Source of the DNA: Octopus vulgaris | Taxonomy: Eukaryota | Assembly (NCBI GenBank): GCA_951406725.2 | Contig: OX597822.1 | Span: 15,562,001-15,626,000, forward strand | DNA: 64,000 nucleotides | Direction: 5' to 3' | Shown here: positions 1 through 12,474 of the stretch, piece by piece | Numbering within the stretch: position 1 is the first letter of the stretch | Layout of the letters: every line of letters starts with the position of its first letter | The notes under the pieces: generated by a model | The model's database searches: none | Seen by the model: the letters and a program-made list of their open reading frames with translations, nothing else | What the model was told of the DNA's origin: nothing | Program-made: the position numbers and the translations under genes

Positions 1-202
1 ATTTGATTCGTTTAGTTTGTACATTGTTTTGTACTTGTTTTGTATTAACCACGCTGACCTAGAAATAGACCTCATTTATCTCGCTCGCATTACATTACGT
101 TGTTACCAAAGAGAAATGCCCTTGCTTTATTTAAAGACAACGGCCATTCAACACGTACGGGGTTAATTTTTTTAACTGCTCTTCTCCCTCTCTCTATATC
201 TT

Positions 203-278
<76 letters not shown>

Positions 279-329
279 CAGTGTATATACACAGTGAGTG
301 TGTCTGTATATATGTGTCTGTGTGTCTTT

Positions 330-540
330 CCGTCGGTGTTTGTGTCCCACCACCGCCTGAAAGCAGTGTTGGTGTGCTTACATTCCCTGTTCCTTAGCGA
401 CCCAGGAAAAGAAATCTATAGAATAAGTACTAGGTTGAAAACATATAAGAACCGGAGTAGATCCGTTTGACTAAACTTCTTCAAGACTGTGCACCAGCAT
501 GGCCACAGTCTAATCACTGAAACGAAAATAAGATATAAGA
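330..540 (+). mobile_element. SINE family A, 3' half, diverged
   Basis: Matches the 3' half of the near-full copy at 8920-9343 (gaataagtactagg...ccagcatggccacagtc..actgaaac). Confidence 0.75.
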
Positions 541-814
541 TGACAGATACATTTAAGCAGTGCACCATGGCCCATAGTGCCCTAGATCAGCCCTAAAGTA
601 TGCACACTTTCACCATAATTCTCCTCTTCCACTAAAACAATGAGAGTCTCCCGCTTCTTTCGGTAGCAGCTTCCAACCGCATTCGGCCAATGGGAAAAAG
701 CAGGGATTGGAGTTAAATTGCAAACAAGAGAATTACTTCTCGGACAGAAATTACCAGATTTGAAATATTTCACTCTCGATAAATTGCTTGGTCATATGCG
801 ACACGAGCCACTTG

Positions 815-1067
815 TATGTATGTATGTATGTATGTATGTATGTATGTATGTATGTATGTATGTATGTATGTATGTATGTATGTATGTACGTATGTATGTA
901 TGCATGTATGTATGCATGTATGTATGTATGTATGTATGTATGTATGTATGTATGCATGTATGTATGCATGTATGTATGTATGTATGTATGTATGTATGTA
1001 TGTATGTATGTATGTATGTATGTATGCATGCATGTACGCATGTATTATACATGTATGAATGCATGTG

Positions 1068-1101
<34 letters not shown>

Positions 1102-1145
1102 CACATGCATTCATACATGTATAATACATGTTACCATATATATAT
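815..1145. repeat. (TATG)n plus (TA)n microsatellite, flanked by a short direct repeat
   Basis: Direct reading; it produces the MYVC/TYIH ORF artefacts. Confidence 0.95.
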
Positions 1146-1146
1146 A

Positions 1147-1494
1147 TTCTCTTTTTTACTCTCTTTTAATTGTTTCAGTCATTCTTTGTAAGCTTAATAC
1201 TTATTCTATCGGTCTCTTTTGCCGAACCGCTAAGTGACGGGGACGTAAACACACCAGCATCAGTTGTCAAGCAATGCTAGGGGGACAAACACAGACACAC
1301 AAACACACACACATATATATATACATATATACGACAGGCTTCTTTCAGTTTCCGTTTACCAAATCCACTCACAAGACATTGGTCGGCGCGGGGCTATAGC
1401 AGAAGACACTTGCCCAAGATGCCACGCAGTGGGACTGAACCCGGAACCATGTGGTTGGTTAGCAAGCTACTTACCACACAGCCACTCCTGCGCC
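1147..1494 (-). mobile_element. SINE family A (tRNA-derived head, internal TA/TG microsatellite), internally deleted near the 3' end
   Basis: Minus strand begins GGCGCAGGAGTGGCTGTGTGGTAAG (A box), then GGTTCAGTCCC (B box) and the CORE-like TCTTGGGCAAG; colinear with 8920-9343 and 51320-51756. Confidence 0.92.
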
Positions 1495-1613
1495 TATATA
1501 TACACATTACATATAGACGTTCATATATAGATAGATAGATGTGTATAGATATATACACGCATACATATTTGTGTTTATATGGATACATACATATATGTAT
1601 ATATATATATATA

Positions 1614-1653
<40 letters not shown>

Positions 1654-2189
1654 CATACATACACTCACACACAAACAAATAACGCGCGTACACACAAGCA
1701 CACAGACACACACTCACGTGAATCTATGATGAATTCGAAGTTCGTTTTAACGCAGGATATTATTAGCTTCAGTCACATAATACCGTATAATTGGCAATAC
1801 GATTAACTTACTGATTGATGTATTTGTATGCGGTTTGTAAGTGGTGTAAGCGTCGGTCATTATATACATGAAAGATGAATTAACTTAATCATTTATCATT
1901 TTGCGTTTTAGAGGTACCCTCTTCAGAAAAGATAGCATATGTTTCTAATTAGGTATTAATCAAATGCTTGTATTACGAATGAGATTTAATTTCAAAATTT
2001 GTATTCGCTGTAATGACGTACATACTTTGAAAATGTAGCATCTATTCCACCTACTAGAATGAAAAGCAAAGTTTATTTGTGTCAGATTAACTTTGGAAAA
2101 GTTAACCTTATCTCTCGTGTCGTGTTATGTCCTTTTATTTTATGATAAATAAGTCAGACACAGATTTAAAATTTCGAAAGTAAATCAGA

Positions 2190-2320
2190 GGCCGTGAGCT
2201 GGCAGAATCTTTAGTGTTGCAGCCAAAATGCTTAGCGGAATTTCTTTGAAGTTTTACGTTCGGAGTTTGAATCCCGCCAAGGACAACGTCACCTTTCATC
2301 CATTCAGTCATTAGAATGAA
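2190..2320 (+). mobile_element. SINE family B 5' part, diverged
   Basis: ggccgtgagctggcagaa...gagtttgaatcccgcc...cctttcatcc matches 54653-54867. Confidence 0.7.
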
Positions 2321-3607
2321 ATGTGTGTTGATACAGCTTTCCTTTGGTTCATTTTTTTAATGATTATTTAATATGAACTCATTAAACAATACATTAAAAA
2401 ATTTTTCTCTTTTTAATCAACAATACACTTCCTCTAAAATCGCTGAGCTTGTACGAATATTTACAACGATGTTTAATGAATAGCGAATTGGGACTTTGGT
2501 CGTGATAGTTTTGCTGTTGCCGCTTAGTGTGACTGGATTTAAAAACAGTCTGCGAGTGAAGAGCTGTAAAAGAAGGCATTATTTCTATCAGAGAATGCGA
2601 CTTATAAATGACACCTCAATATTAATTACTGTTACGTACAACATAATAGTTTAAAGGAATATAATGCCTATATCAATAACGGAGGTTATTGCTTCAGTAT
2701 CGTTTCGGTTCAACTTCAAATCTATACATATATTTGCGCAAAAATCCGTTCCGGCTGGAATTAGACATTGTATACGCTTTTGTACCTGACATTACTATTG
2801 GAAGGATGGAATGCAACTAGAGGAAAATTAAAACGACGTGGGGATGAGATAAACGTCTTTACGCATGGATATTGTGTCCTTTGTGAGAAAACATCTAGTA
2901 CTAAACTGATTATGAATTCTACACATGGTTAAAATATTAATCTTACATCACTTAACCTTTGGAATTTAAGATTTGAGATTGTAATACAATATATAGGATT
3001 AATGCCATATAGAATGCCGTATACGGGAGTAATAGCCCTATCCGTATTCTCTCATCACCAGTCGAATCATTGTAACTTCTTTTCTCGTTCCATTACAACA
3101 ACAGGACAAATTTATAAGACCTGCGTCTGCGTTTTTCATATTGGTCGAATGCGGTTGGTGCTTGGAAGCAGCTATAGAATGAAGCCGGAGTCAAATTTAA
3201 AAAACTGCGTCTGCGTTCTTGTAACTTTTACCAATCAACTTTCTATTGTTTGCAGCCTGAATTAGAATATTGATGACATTTAAATTGTGAAGAATTTTAT
3301 TTCGAGGAAAGAAATCGATTTTACTGAATTTAGAAACTGTTATTCGTAAGAAGTATATCTTTCTTGGAGTGCCGGAATATTGCATTTAGTGTGTCGACTT
3401 GACTTTTATCTTTCACCTGTGTCACTCATTGAAATACAACCATGGTGACATCTGCCTCAAAGTGTTTTTGGTCGAACAATTCGACATCACTATTCATATT
3501 TTAATGTCTGGAATTTATTATATCGACTCGTTGGTCGAACCGATTTCTTACGTGAATATAAAATACTCGGCACCGGTTAGCAAACGATTAGGAATGCTGA
3601 CAAATAT

Positions 3608-3649
<42 letters not shown>

Positions 3650-3670
3650 ACACACACACACATATATATA

Positions 3671-3901
3671 TTCTTTTATTTTTTACTTGTTTCAGTCATT
3701 TTGACTAAGGCCATGCTAGAGCACCACCTGAAAGGGTGTTAGTCGAAAAGCTCGGCCCTTCGACTTATTGTTTCTAAGCTTAGTACTTATTATATTGGTC
3801 TCTTTTTCTGAGCCGCTAAGTTAAGAGGACATAAACGCACCAGCATCGGTTGTCAAGCGATGGGGCGGTGGGTTCAAACACAGGTACACACACACAAACT
3901 A

Positions 3902-3961
<60 letters not shown>

Positions 3962-4116
3962 GAAGGGTTTCTTCCAGTTTTTGTCTAACAAATCCACTCA
4001 CGAAGATTTGGTCGGCCCGAGGCTATAGTATAAGACACTTGCTCTAGATGCCACGTACTGAGACTGAACCCGGAACCATGTGGTTGGGAACAAATCTTCT
4101 TACCATACAACCACGC

Positions 4117-4119
<3 letters not shown>
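3671..4119 (-). mobile_element. SINE family A, near full length
   Basis: Colinear with the other family A copies. Confidence 0.9.
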
Positions 4120-4198
<79 letters not shown>

Positions 4199-4842
4199 GA
4201 TTGATCGCCACGCATCCTTTTCCAAGTAAGTTTTATCTATCTATCTACCTATTTATCTATCTATATCTATCTTCATATTCATCACAATATGATTATTTAT
4301 TTATAACATACAAACCATTAAACAGTAATCACATAACATAAATGTCATGACCTGTCTTGTAATTTTTGATAGCGATCATCTAATTTAAAAAGCCCAAGAC
4401 ATGCTCCCATATGATGTCATCAGAAGCTGAAGGCACAGATTAAAATAGGGAAGTCTTTTTCCTCGACAGGCTTCTCTCTATTTGTATGTGCTGTATTATC
4501 TCAAATACACTTTGACATAGTCAAAAACAAAAACATGAAACAATAGAAAATGTAAAGATTGATTGAGAAGGTCATGGGTGGAGCAACATTATTCATAGGT
4601 TGTGTCAATCAAAGCAATTTAGAACTAATAAACAAAAAAAATGAAATATTCCTCACTGAAGATATCTGCTTCTGTTAGAATTTCCGCGTCCCTACTGAGT
4701 ATGCTTTAAAATTATCATAATTACAAGCATAATCTTCATGCTAAAATATTTCCTATTCAGCATGTTGTGTGCCATTAAAACCAGAAACTAATAATAGGCC
4801 CAATTTATTTTGCTGTTTATCAATATTTTATGCGAATGACAG

Positions 4843-5009
4843 GGCGGCGAGTTGGCAGAATCGCTGGTACGTCAGGTAAAATGTTTCTGGGTTTAAATTA
4901 CGCCGAGACCGACTTTGGCGTTCGGGGTCGATAAAATAATTACCAGTGGAATTGAGATCGACTTAGACTCTTCCCTCATATTGGTGGCCTTGTACCAAAA
5001 TTATGAAAC
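4843..5009 (+). mobile_element. SINE family B with target-site duplication
   Basis: Head ggcggcgagttggcagaa; flanked by caatatt(t)tatgcgaatga at 4821-4839 and 5010-5027. Confidence 0.85.
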
Positions 5010-5334
5010 CAATATTTATGCGAATGAGTATGGAATTACATTCAAAGAAATTTTGATAAACTTGAAAAATGTTCAAAGGGGAAATTTGGGTAAACCGTAC
5101 GAGGCAAAAATAAAAGGAAGAAAAACAGAAAATGAAGTTAACGGCAGTACGAAGAAAAGGTCAAAGGCAAAAAATAGCAATAAATAAATAAATAAATATA
5201 TATATATACAGCGATAGAGTATAATCTACTCTGAATCATTTTAAAGCCTAAACAAAATGTCTGTTCTATGATATTAGGTCTGTCATAAGGTAAAGGACTC
5301 CTAAGACTGAAGTTCAACAGTTTCCATGGCATGT

Positions 5335-5655
5335 GACTGGCACACTCTGTCGGTTACGACGTCGAGGGTTCCAGTTGATCCAATGAACGGAACAGCCTGT
5401 TCATGAAATTAACGTGCAGGTGACTGAGGACTCCACAGATACGCGTAACCTTAATGTAGTTCTGAGGGAGATTCATCGTGACACAGCGTGTAAAATGGTT
5501 GACCCCTTTTGAATTACAGGTATAACTCATATTTACCTGCTGAGTGAAATAAAGTATCTTGCTCAGGAACACAACACAGCCCAGTCCAGGAATCGAACTC
5601 TCAAACTTTCGACTGTCAGCTTAATACCCCACCTATTAAAGCGACACGCCTTCAC
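5335..5655 (-). mobile_element. SINE family C (tRNA-derived)
   Basis: Minus-strand head gtgaaggcgtgtcgc...gagttcgattcc; the body is shared with 43813-44020. Confidence 0.85.
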
Positions 5656-5660
5656 CTGCA

Positions 5661-5969
5661 TTATTTTATGCGCTATTTTCAAGCCTAGCCAGGCTCATGG
5701 GCAGGGTTTCCATGGCGTATGTGTTCCCTCCAGTTGGACGAGACGCCAGTCCATCGCAGTGTTACTCAAGAAACAGGAAGAAAGAGTGAGAGAAATTTGG
5801 GCCGAAAGAGTACAACAGGGGTCGCCAACACGGCCTTCCGGAGCATCGTGGAGCTTTAAGTGTTTTCTCTCAATAAACGCACATTACTAGCAGTACTAGC
5901 AGTCTGGGAAACAAAACAGCGATCCCCCGACCCCGAGTCCACTGTCCTAACCACTGGGTCATTGCGCCT
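5661..5969 (-). mobile_element. SINE family D (tRNA-Arg-like head, OR1/OR2-like) with 13-bp TSD
   Basis: Head ggcgcaatgacccagtggttagg; gccttcacctgca is duplicated at 5648-5660 and 5970-5982; related to 12987-13285 and 32651-32955. Confidence 0.88.
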
Positions 5970-6074
5970 GCCTTCACCTGCAGATGGGTGACTAACCTCA
6001 CAATAGTCCACTACCAGACGGGCTACCCGTCAATCACAGGGTTCGAACTTCTCAGCTTCTGCTGCAATCCAATG

Positions 6075-6200
6075 AGAGCTGAGTTCTGTCAGCTATATGA
6101 AGTGAAGTATTTTGCGAAAAAGCACAATGCAATGTCTAATCCAGGACGCGAAACCACGATCTTATGATTCTGACTGCCACACCCTAGACACCAGCCTACG
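6075..6200 (-). mobile_element. Diverged tRNA-SINE head (family C-like)
   Basis: gaagtgaagtattttgcgaaaaagcacaatgc...gaaaccacgatcttatgatt resembles 5545-5650. Confidence 0.5.
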
Positions 6201-6501
6201 GAACTAGAGATCTGTGCTGTTCCTTCCAGCAAAACAGACTGCTTTTGTTATTAGTTCAGCTGCATAAATATAATTTGTTTTATGCGTGCACATGTGTGAC
6301 ATTGCCACAAACAATTAAATTGCATTAGTCAGATCTTATCTGCGCAGGAATATCGCTGAGTAATTAAGTTGATTTTGCAGTTCTGTGCTTTCAGCGACAC
6401 CATTCGGCAGGATTTTTGTTATTAATGACATCTAGCATGCATTTATACGTGTGCGAATACATACACGATTACAAGCACGCACATTTGCACTCACGCACGC
6501 G

Positions 6502-6573
<72 letters not shown>

Positions 6574-6687
6574 GTGTGCAGGTCGTTCGGCAAAATGCTA
6601 AACACTCATATATTTGAGTGTGTGTGTGTGTGTGTGCGTGTGTGCGTGTGTGTGTTTATAAAGCGAGAGTGCTAGATAGGTAACATC

Positions 6688-6905
6688 TTTTACCTGTTAC
6701 TTGTTTCAATCGCTGACCTAAGCCCATACTGGAGCACTGACTTGAAGTACTTTAATGGAATAAATCGCCCCTCACTCTTTATTCGTGTTGTTATACCGGG
6801 TACTTCTTCCATCGGTTCCTTTTGCTGAAACACTAGCTAACGGAGACGTAAACAAACCAATGCCGGTTGTCAAACTTTAGTGGTGGAGAAATGCTGTCAC
6901 AAAAC
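6688..6905 (-). mobile_element. SINE family A 3' half, diverged
   Basis: ttacttgtttcaatc...ccatactggagcac...gacgtaaacaaaccaatgccggttgtcaa. Confidence 0.75.
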
Positions 6906-6913
6906 CACCTACA

Positions 6914-6945
<32 letters not shown>

Positions 6946-6960
6946 CATACATACACACAT

Positions 6961-7305
6961 CTCTGAATACCTTATTTTTTCTAATATATAATATCTGTAC
7001 AACACTTCCAGGGTTAAGATACAGGACTCTTGACATGTCCAACAAAGCGTGACGCCTAAACCAATCAGCTCAACCAACCAATCAGCTTAAGTAATTGAGT
7101 GATACTACACACTGATTGGTCAGAATACAGTTTGCCAAACCTAGCAGTCTGGAGCCTACACAGCTATATTTAAGGCACAGATTCAATCATCTCGCTACAG
7201 TCAAAAATTGTGAAGCATGACTGTCACCACTACTACATGAACCTGAAGATTGCAGAATTTAATGCATGAAAGTACTAGTTCAATCAGAATTAACACTTTC
7301 TATTA
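6961..7305 (+). mobile_element. Probable solo Penelope-type terminal repeat (pLTR) with promoter-like motifs and a hammerhead
   Basis: CCAATCAG at 7061 and 7078, CTGATTGG at 7112, TATATTTAA at 7165, minimal HHR at 7238-7282; bounded by simple repeats. The first ~45 bp recur at about 8851-8895. Confidence 0.6.
7238..7282 (+). ncRNA. Minimal type I hammerhead ribozyme motif
   Basis: tgaac-CTGAAGA-t-tgca(gaatttaa)tgca-t-GAAA-gtac-TA-gttca: 5-bp helix I, 4-bp helix II, palindromic loopless helix III, CUA cleavage triplet. Confidence 0.8.
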
Positions 7306-7394
7306 TTTTATTTTATTATATTATATTATATTATATCATTATAAGATTGTAAATAAAACGTGAAAATCAGACAAGGTTGGAATTCCCTTTATTA

Positions 7395-7457
<63 letters not shown>

Positions 7458-8919
7458 TGAGATAGGGGTGGAAATAACATAGAAGTCTGAGACAGTATAC
7501 TTTATGATGGAATTTCATAAAAAATGGTTTTAAAATCAACTAAAGATTATCTCATCGTATCAAATATCCTATTATCAAACATTTATAAAAAAATTTTATC
7601 GAAAACAATCTATCTTTTGTCTGGTAGTCAAGAACATACCTGGAGATTTTTCGTTGAAGTCTTCTTTAAATATTGTTTGGCATAGAATTCAAAGTGTCAG
7701 AGTGTGATAGAAGGAGTGTCTATTGTCTAAAAGAAACCTTTGTGTTCCTGGCAAGGGAGTGGCTAAAAAGCATTTATTGAATGTGTTTTATGTCCACCTG
7801 TGTGTGCATGTGAATTGTATGTGTGTGTCTGAAAGGTCCTTTCGATATATATATATATATATATCTAATATAGTAGAACATTTAGGATATGTCTATATGT
7901 GTATATATGTATATATATATATATCTGTGTGTGTATAGATGTGTGTATTGCCTATTATATACATTACATTATATTATATTATTAATTGTCACTTTAATTT
8001 TAACTTTCCTATGATATACAATTTTTAAGATGGTGTAATTTGGTTATTCATTTTGAGCCGATAAAACGGTTTTTTTCAAATATTTTATGTATAAGTCTGT
8101 GTGTGTATATATATATATGTATTGGTATAAATATCAACACACAAAAATATTTTTTTCTTCTCCACTTCCTCCCTTATTTTTATTTATTTTTTATTTATTT
8201 TTTTATATTTTTTAAAAAATATTTTTAATTATTTTTTATTTTTATTTTTATATTTATTTTTATTTTTATTTTCCCTTTTCTCTTTCTTTCTCTCTGTCCT
8301 TCTCCAAACACACAGAGACACACACACACGCACACAAAAACACACACGGACACACACACACACACACACACACACCTCCACAAAACGATCATAGAAAGTG
8401 TGACCCCAAATGACATTTGTCCGGCCAGCCTACGCACAACACACACTCAGTGACACGAGACTGGACAGAGAGCAGAGCCAAAATTCTTAGAAAACCACAG
8501 GAGGTCCAGTAGGCCAACGGAATAATAATACTTCTTCTTCCCTATCAGATACAAACGCACACACACACACACACATACACACACACATACACACACACAC
8601 ACACATACACATACACATATGTTTTCTCTGTCTCACTTCCTCCTCACCCTTTTATACTGTCTTAGTCCTCCCCACCACTACTACGAAACTATAAAATGTT
8701 CAAATTACCCACAAGGAATTGATTTGATTTGAAAACCCCACTCGATTGGGAGAAAGCGCTAATCCGAATGATATGATCTGAATGATATGATATATATGTA
8801 AAAAATGTAATATATAAATAAATATCTATAAATATGAACCATCCGATCTGATTACCTCATTTTTTCTAATATATAATACCTGTACATCATCTCCAAACCT
8901 TCCAATATATATATATATT

Positions 8920-9074
8920 GAGTGGCTGTGTGGTAAGTAGCTTGCTAACCAACCACATGGTTGCGGGTTCGGTCCCACTGCGTGGCATCTTGGGCAAGTG
9001 TCTTCTGCTATAGCCCCGGGCCGACCAATGCCTTGTGAGTGGATTTGGTAGATGGAAACTGAAAGAAGCCTGTC

Positions 9075-9134
<60 letters not shown>

Positions 9135-9343
9135 CTGCGTTTGTCCCCTAGCATTGCTTGACAACCGATGCTGGTGTGTTTACGTCCCCGTCACTTAGCG
9201 GTTCGGCAAAAGAGACCGATAGAATAAGTACTGGGCTTACAAAGAATAAGTCCCGGGGTCGATTTGCTCGACTAAAGGCGGTGCTCCAGCATGGCCGCAG
9301 TCAAATGACTGAAACAAGTAAAAGAGTAAAGAGTAAAAGAGTA
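8920..9343 (+). mobile_element. SINE family A, near full length, young
   Basis: A box TGGCTGTGTGGT, B box GGTTCGGTCCC, internal (TA)n(TG)n, and (AAAAGAGT)n tail. Confidence 0.93.
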
Positions 9344-9355
9344 ATATATATATGC

Positions 9356-9471
<116 letters not shown>

Positions 9472-10398
9472 GTATGTTTGTATGAAGTTTCGAAAATGCA
9501 CGTGAGTTTGGTTAGGTATTTTATTTTTTTATTTTTTAAGACTAAAACCGCTTCACAGGTTCCTTGGAGTTACAAATGTTGAGGTAGAAAGACATGGGGG
9601 CTATACCGTAACTGTTTTGATTCTTACTGGAGTTCGAAAATTCTCTTGGCTCAAAATCTGTTTTGTATAAGATTTGATTGGTAGAGGAAGATCATGCGAT
9701 TAAGCTTAGGAACTTTAATGAGTTATTCGCAACGCGCATTCTTATATATTATATTTGTTGCCGTAAGTTAAGGATGTTGCCGTTGTGGGAATGTATCTTG
9801 TAATAGTCTTAAACAATCTGTCAAATATACCTAGAAATACTTGCAAGTTTCCCGCTACTTAAGTGATAATATCTTAGTGTTGAGCAAACGTATCTTATGA
9901 CTATCCCAAACGATCAAGGTTCTCTACATTTAATGTGTCAAGTGGTAGAAGGGACAGGAGTCGTTTGTATGTGGCCCAATGGATGAATGGTTAAGATTCG
10001 TATCAATGGAAGTAGGCATAAATTTTTGTTCTCCGCTAAATTTGTGTGTTAGTGTCATACGGGAGAAAGTCATGGTCGTGTCCATTGGTTAGCTGTACAA
10101 ATTCCCTTGACAAGTGGGAGAATGAGTTTGTGTGTGAATAGGTGTCGCTGTATGTAGTTTGTTAAAGTTTGCTCAATCTTGATTTGTTTCTTTGTATGGA
10201 CATATATTCTTTTACTTGTTTCAGGCATTTTATTGCGGCAATGCTGGAGTACAACCTTTAGACGAAGGAGTCGACCCAAGGAATTTGGTAAGCCTAGCAC
10301 TTATTTTATTGGTCTCTTTTGCCGAACCGCTAAGTTACGGGGACGTAAACACCAATATCGGTTGTCAAGTGATGGTGGTGGGGAAACACAACACACAA

Positions 10399-10469
<71 letters not shown>

Positions 10470-10471
<2 letters not shown>

Positions 10472-10703
10472 GGAGTAAACACAAATGTGAAACAAGGTGG
10501 AAAAAAGAGTACTCAAATACCAGTGGTAGAGTAATATGCTTTATTTTAAGCAGCAGAAAATTCAACAAAATCTGTTACTCTGAGTTTCTCGTTGCCGTTC
10601 ATCAGACAGTTTTTGCTAGAATTCTAGCAAAAACTGTCTGATGAACGGCAACGAGAAACTCAGAGTAACAGATTTTGTTGAATTTTCTGCTGCTTAAAAT
10701 AAA

Positions 10704-10704
<1 letters not shown>
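10470..10704. mobile_element. Penelope-type inverted terminal-repeat remnant containing a perfect 166-bp palindrome (10539-10704)
   Basis: Arms are exact reverse complements centred on GAATTC (10619-10624); flanked by (TA)n on both sides; contains a hammerhead. Confidence 0.75.
10634..10671 (+). ncRNA. Minimal type I hammerhead motif (mirror copy on the minus strand at 10572-10609)
   Basis: ctgt-CTGATGA-a-cg(gcaa)cg-a-GAAA-ctc(a)gag-TA-acag; GUA triplet. Confidence 0.75.
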
Positions 10705-10759
<55 letters not shown>

Positions 10760-10899
10760 GCCATTCAGTGGAACTGAATCTGGAACCATGTGGTTGGGCA
10801 GCAAGCTTCTTACCTCACAGCTACACTTGCCTCTCTCTCTCTCTCTCTCTCATTTTATTCGGGTTTGAATTGTGGTATTGACTGAGAAAAGACAAATTG

Positions 10900-12228
10900 G
10901 GATGATTGGGAACTTAGAACACTTAATTTTTACACCCAGGTCTATATGTCCCCTCATTGAGATATGTCTAGCACTGGTGTGTCCTATTTGTTGACGATAA
11001 ATAGACAGTATATTTCTGAAAGTTTTGTTTGACTGGTGTAATCCAAGTCACATTCTTTATATTTAATGGCAAAAATCTTCCAAATTTATATTTGTCTTCA
11101 CTGCGTTTGATGCAATTAGAGCGGCCACACTTTTTGACTGTTCTTGTGGGGTTTGTGGTGGGTAATTTGGCGCTGGTGGGGAATGTTTTGAAGGATCTTG
11201 ATTGTCTTTTGCTTATTTTGCGTATTTCGAGTGCTTGGTTCATCCTTAAGTCTTGTCTGCGTATTCTTGTATTCTTTTACTTATTTCAGTCATTTAACTG
11301 CGGCCATTCTGGAGCACCACCTGTAGTCGAGTAAATCGATCACAGTACTTATTCTTTGTAAGCCTAGTACTTATTCTAGCGGTCTCTTTTGCCGAACCGC
11401 TAAGATATGGGGACGTAAACACACCAGCATCGGTTGTCAGGCGATGGTGGAAGGACCAGCACAGACACACATACATTTGTGTGTATATATATATATATAT
11501 ACGACGGGATACTTCCAGTTTCTATCTACTAAATCCATTCTCAAGGCTTTGGCCGGCCCGAGGCTACAGTAGAAGACACTTGCACAAGGTGCCACGCAGT
11601 GGGACTGAACCTGGAACCATGTGGTTGGTAAGGAAGCTACTTAACACACAGCCACTCCTGTGCCTATGCGTAGTAGTGTAATGTTCTAGTGGATAATGCC
11701 GTAAAGCTCTGTCTTTTGGAAGTTGTGTGTTGGTATAAAGGGTAGAATATTGGGTGTATCTGGATTTCTTTTGTTTTACATAATGTTTGGATATCTATTG
11801 CTTGTGCAGGTTTCGTTCTGCTGTCATCTAACATTGAGAAATATTTTCTTTCAAGAAGTATTTGTTTAAATTCCTGGGGTATTTTATTACGAGTTTCAAA
11901 ATTTGAAACACTTGTGCAGATACTTCTTGCTACATTAAATGGAACGAAAGTCTTCGTATGTTTGGGATGGCATGAGAACAGCAGGTATTGTTCAGAATTT
12001 GTTGGTTTGTAATGAATGTGTCTAATTTTTCTATTTGTTTTGATGATTAGAATGTCACGGGGGTATGGTGGTCGAGTATTCCATGGTGAAGTTAATACTA
12101 TTGTTTATAATGTTAGAAACATTATATTTGGTAATCAAAAAATGTTTCAAGTGTGCATGTGTCCACAGAATCAAGTAACGTTTCCAGTTTTCTATTAAAT
12201 ATTTATGGAAGTTCCCGGGGTATTTTTC
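10900..12228 (-). pseudogene. Degenerate Penelope-like retroelement ORF (RT C-terminal part and linker), interrupted by a SINE
   Basis: Minus-strand translation gives ENWKRYL-(DD lost)-ILW, INFTMEYS, IHYKPTNSEQYLLFSCHPKHTKTFVPFNVARSICT and SKRQSRS...TVKKCGRSNC, typical PLE motifs. Confidence 0.8.
11268..11664 (-). mobile_element. SINE family A, full length, inserted in the PLE remnant
   Basis: Colinear with the other family A copies. Confidence 0.92.
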
Positions 12229-12405
12229 CAAGCGGCCTCTTCCGATCTCTTGTACCGGTCCACCTGTTGTCAGTGAGCCTTGTGACATGTCCGACCCAGC
12301 AGAATTTGTGTCGTTACTACCCTGCGATCATACCGTTACCTTCGCTCCGTTCTCCAATTATCTCATTCCGAATATGCTCTCCTAATGATATTCCTAGCAT
12401 GGATA
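12229..12405 (-). mobile_element. RTE-clade LINE ORF 3' fragment
   Basis: MLGISLGEHIRNEII...KFCWVGHVTRLTDNRWT..RKRPLG matches the RTE C-terminal WAGHV..DNRWT motif. Confidence 0.75.
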
Positions 12406-12407
12406 TG

Positions 12408-12472
<65 letters not shown>

Positions 12473-12474
12473 CA

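Larger units (their letters stand above)
10207..10830 (-). mobile_element. SINE family A split by an insertion in its internal (TA)n
   Basis: 3' half at 10207-10398; head fragment at 10759-10831; a palindromic element lies between them. Confidence 0.8.

Noticed and set aside
8022-8075. TTTAAGAtggt...agccGATAaaacggTT, a hammerhead-like spacing
   Set aside because: Both core boxes are mutated and there is no helix I.
8920-8990. tRNA-like A/B boxes here and at 12987, 32651 and 54653
   Set aside because: They continue into multi-copy SINE bodies and lack a complete cloverleaf, so they are SINE heads, not tRNA genes.
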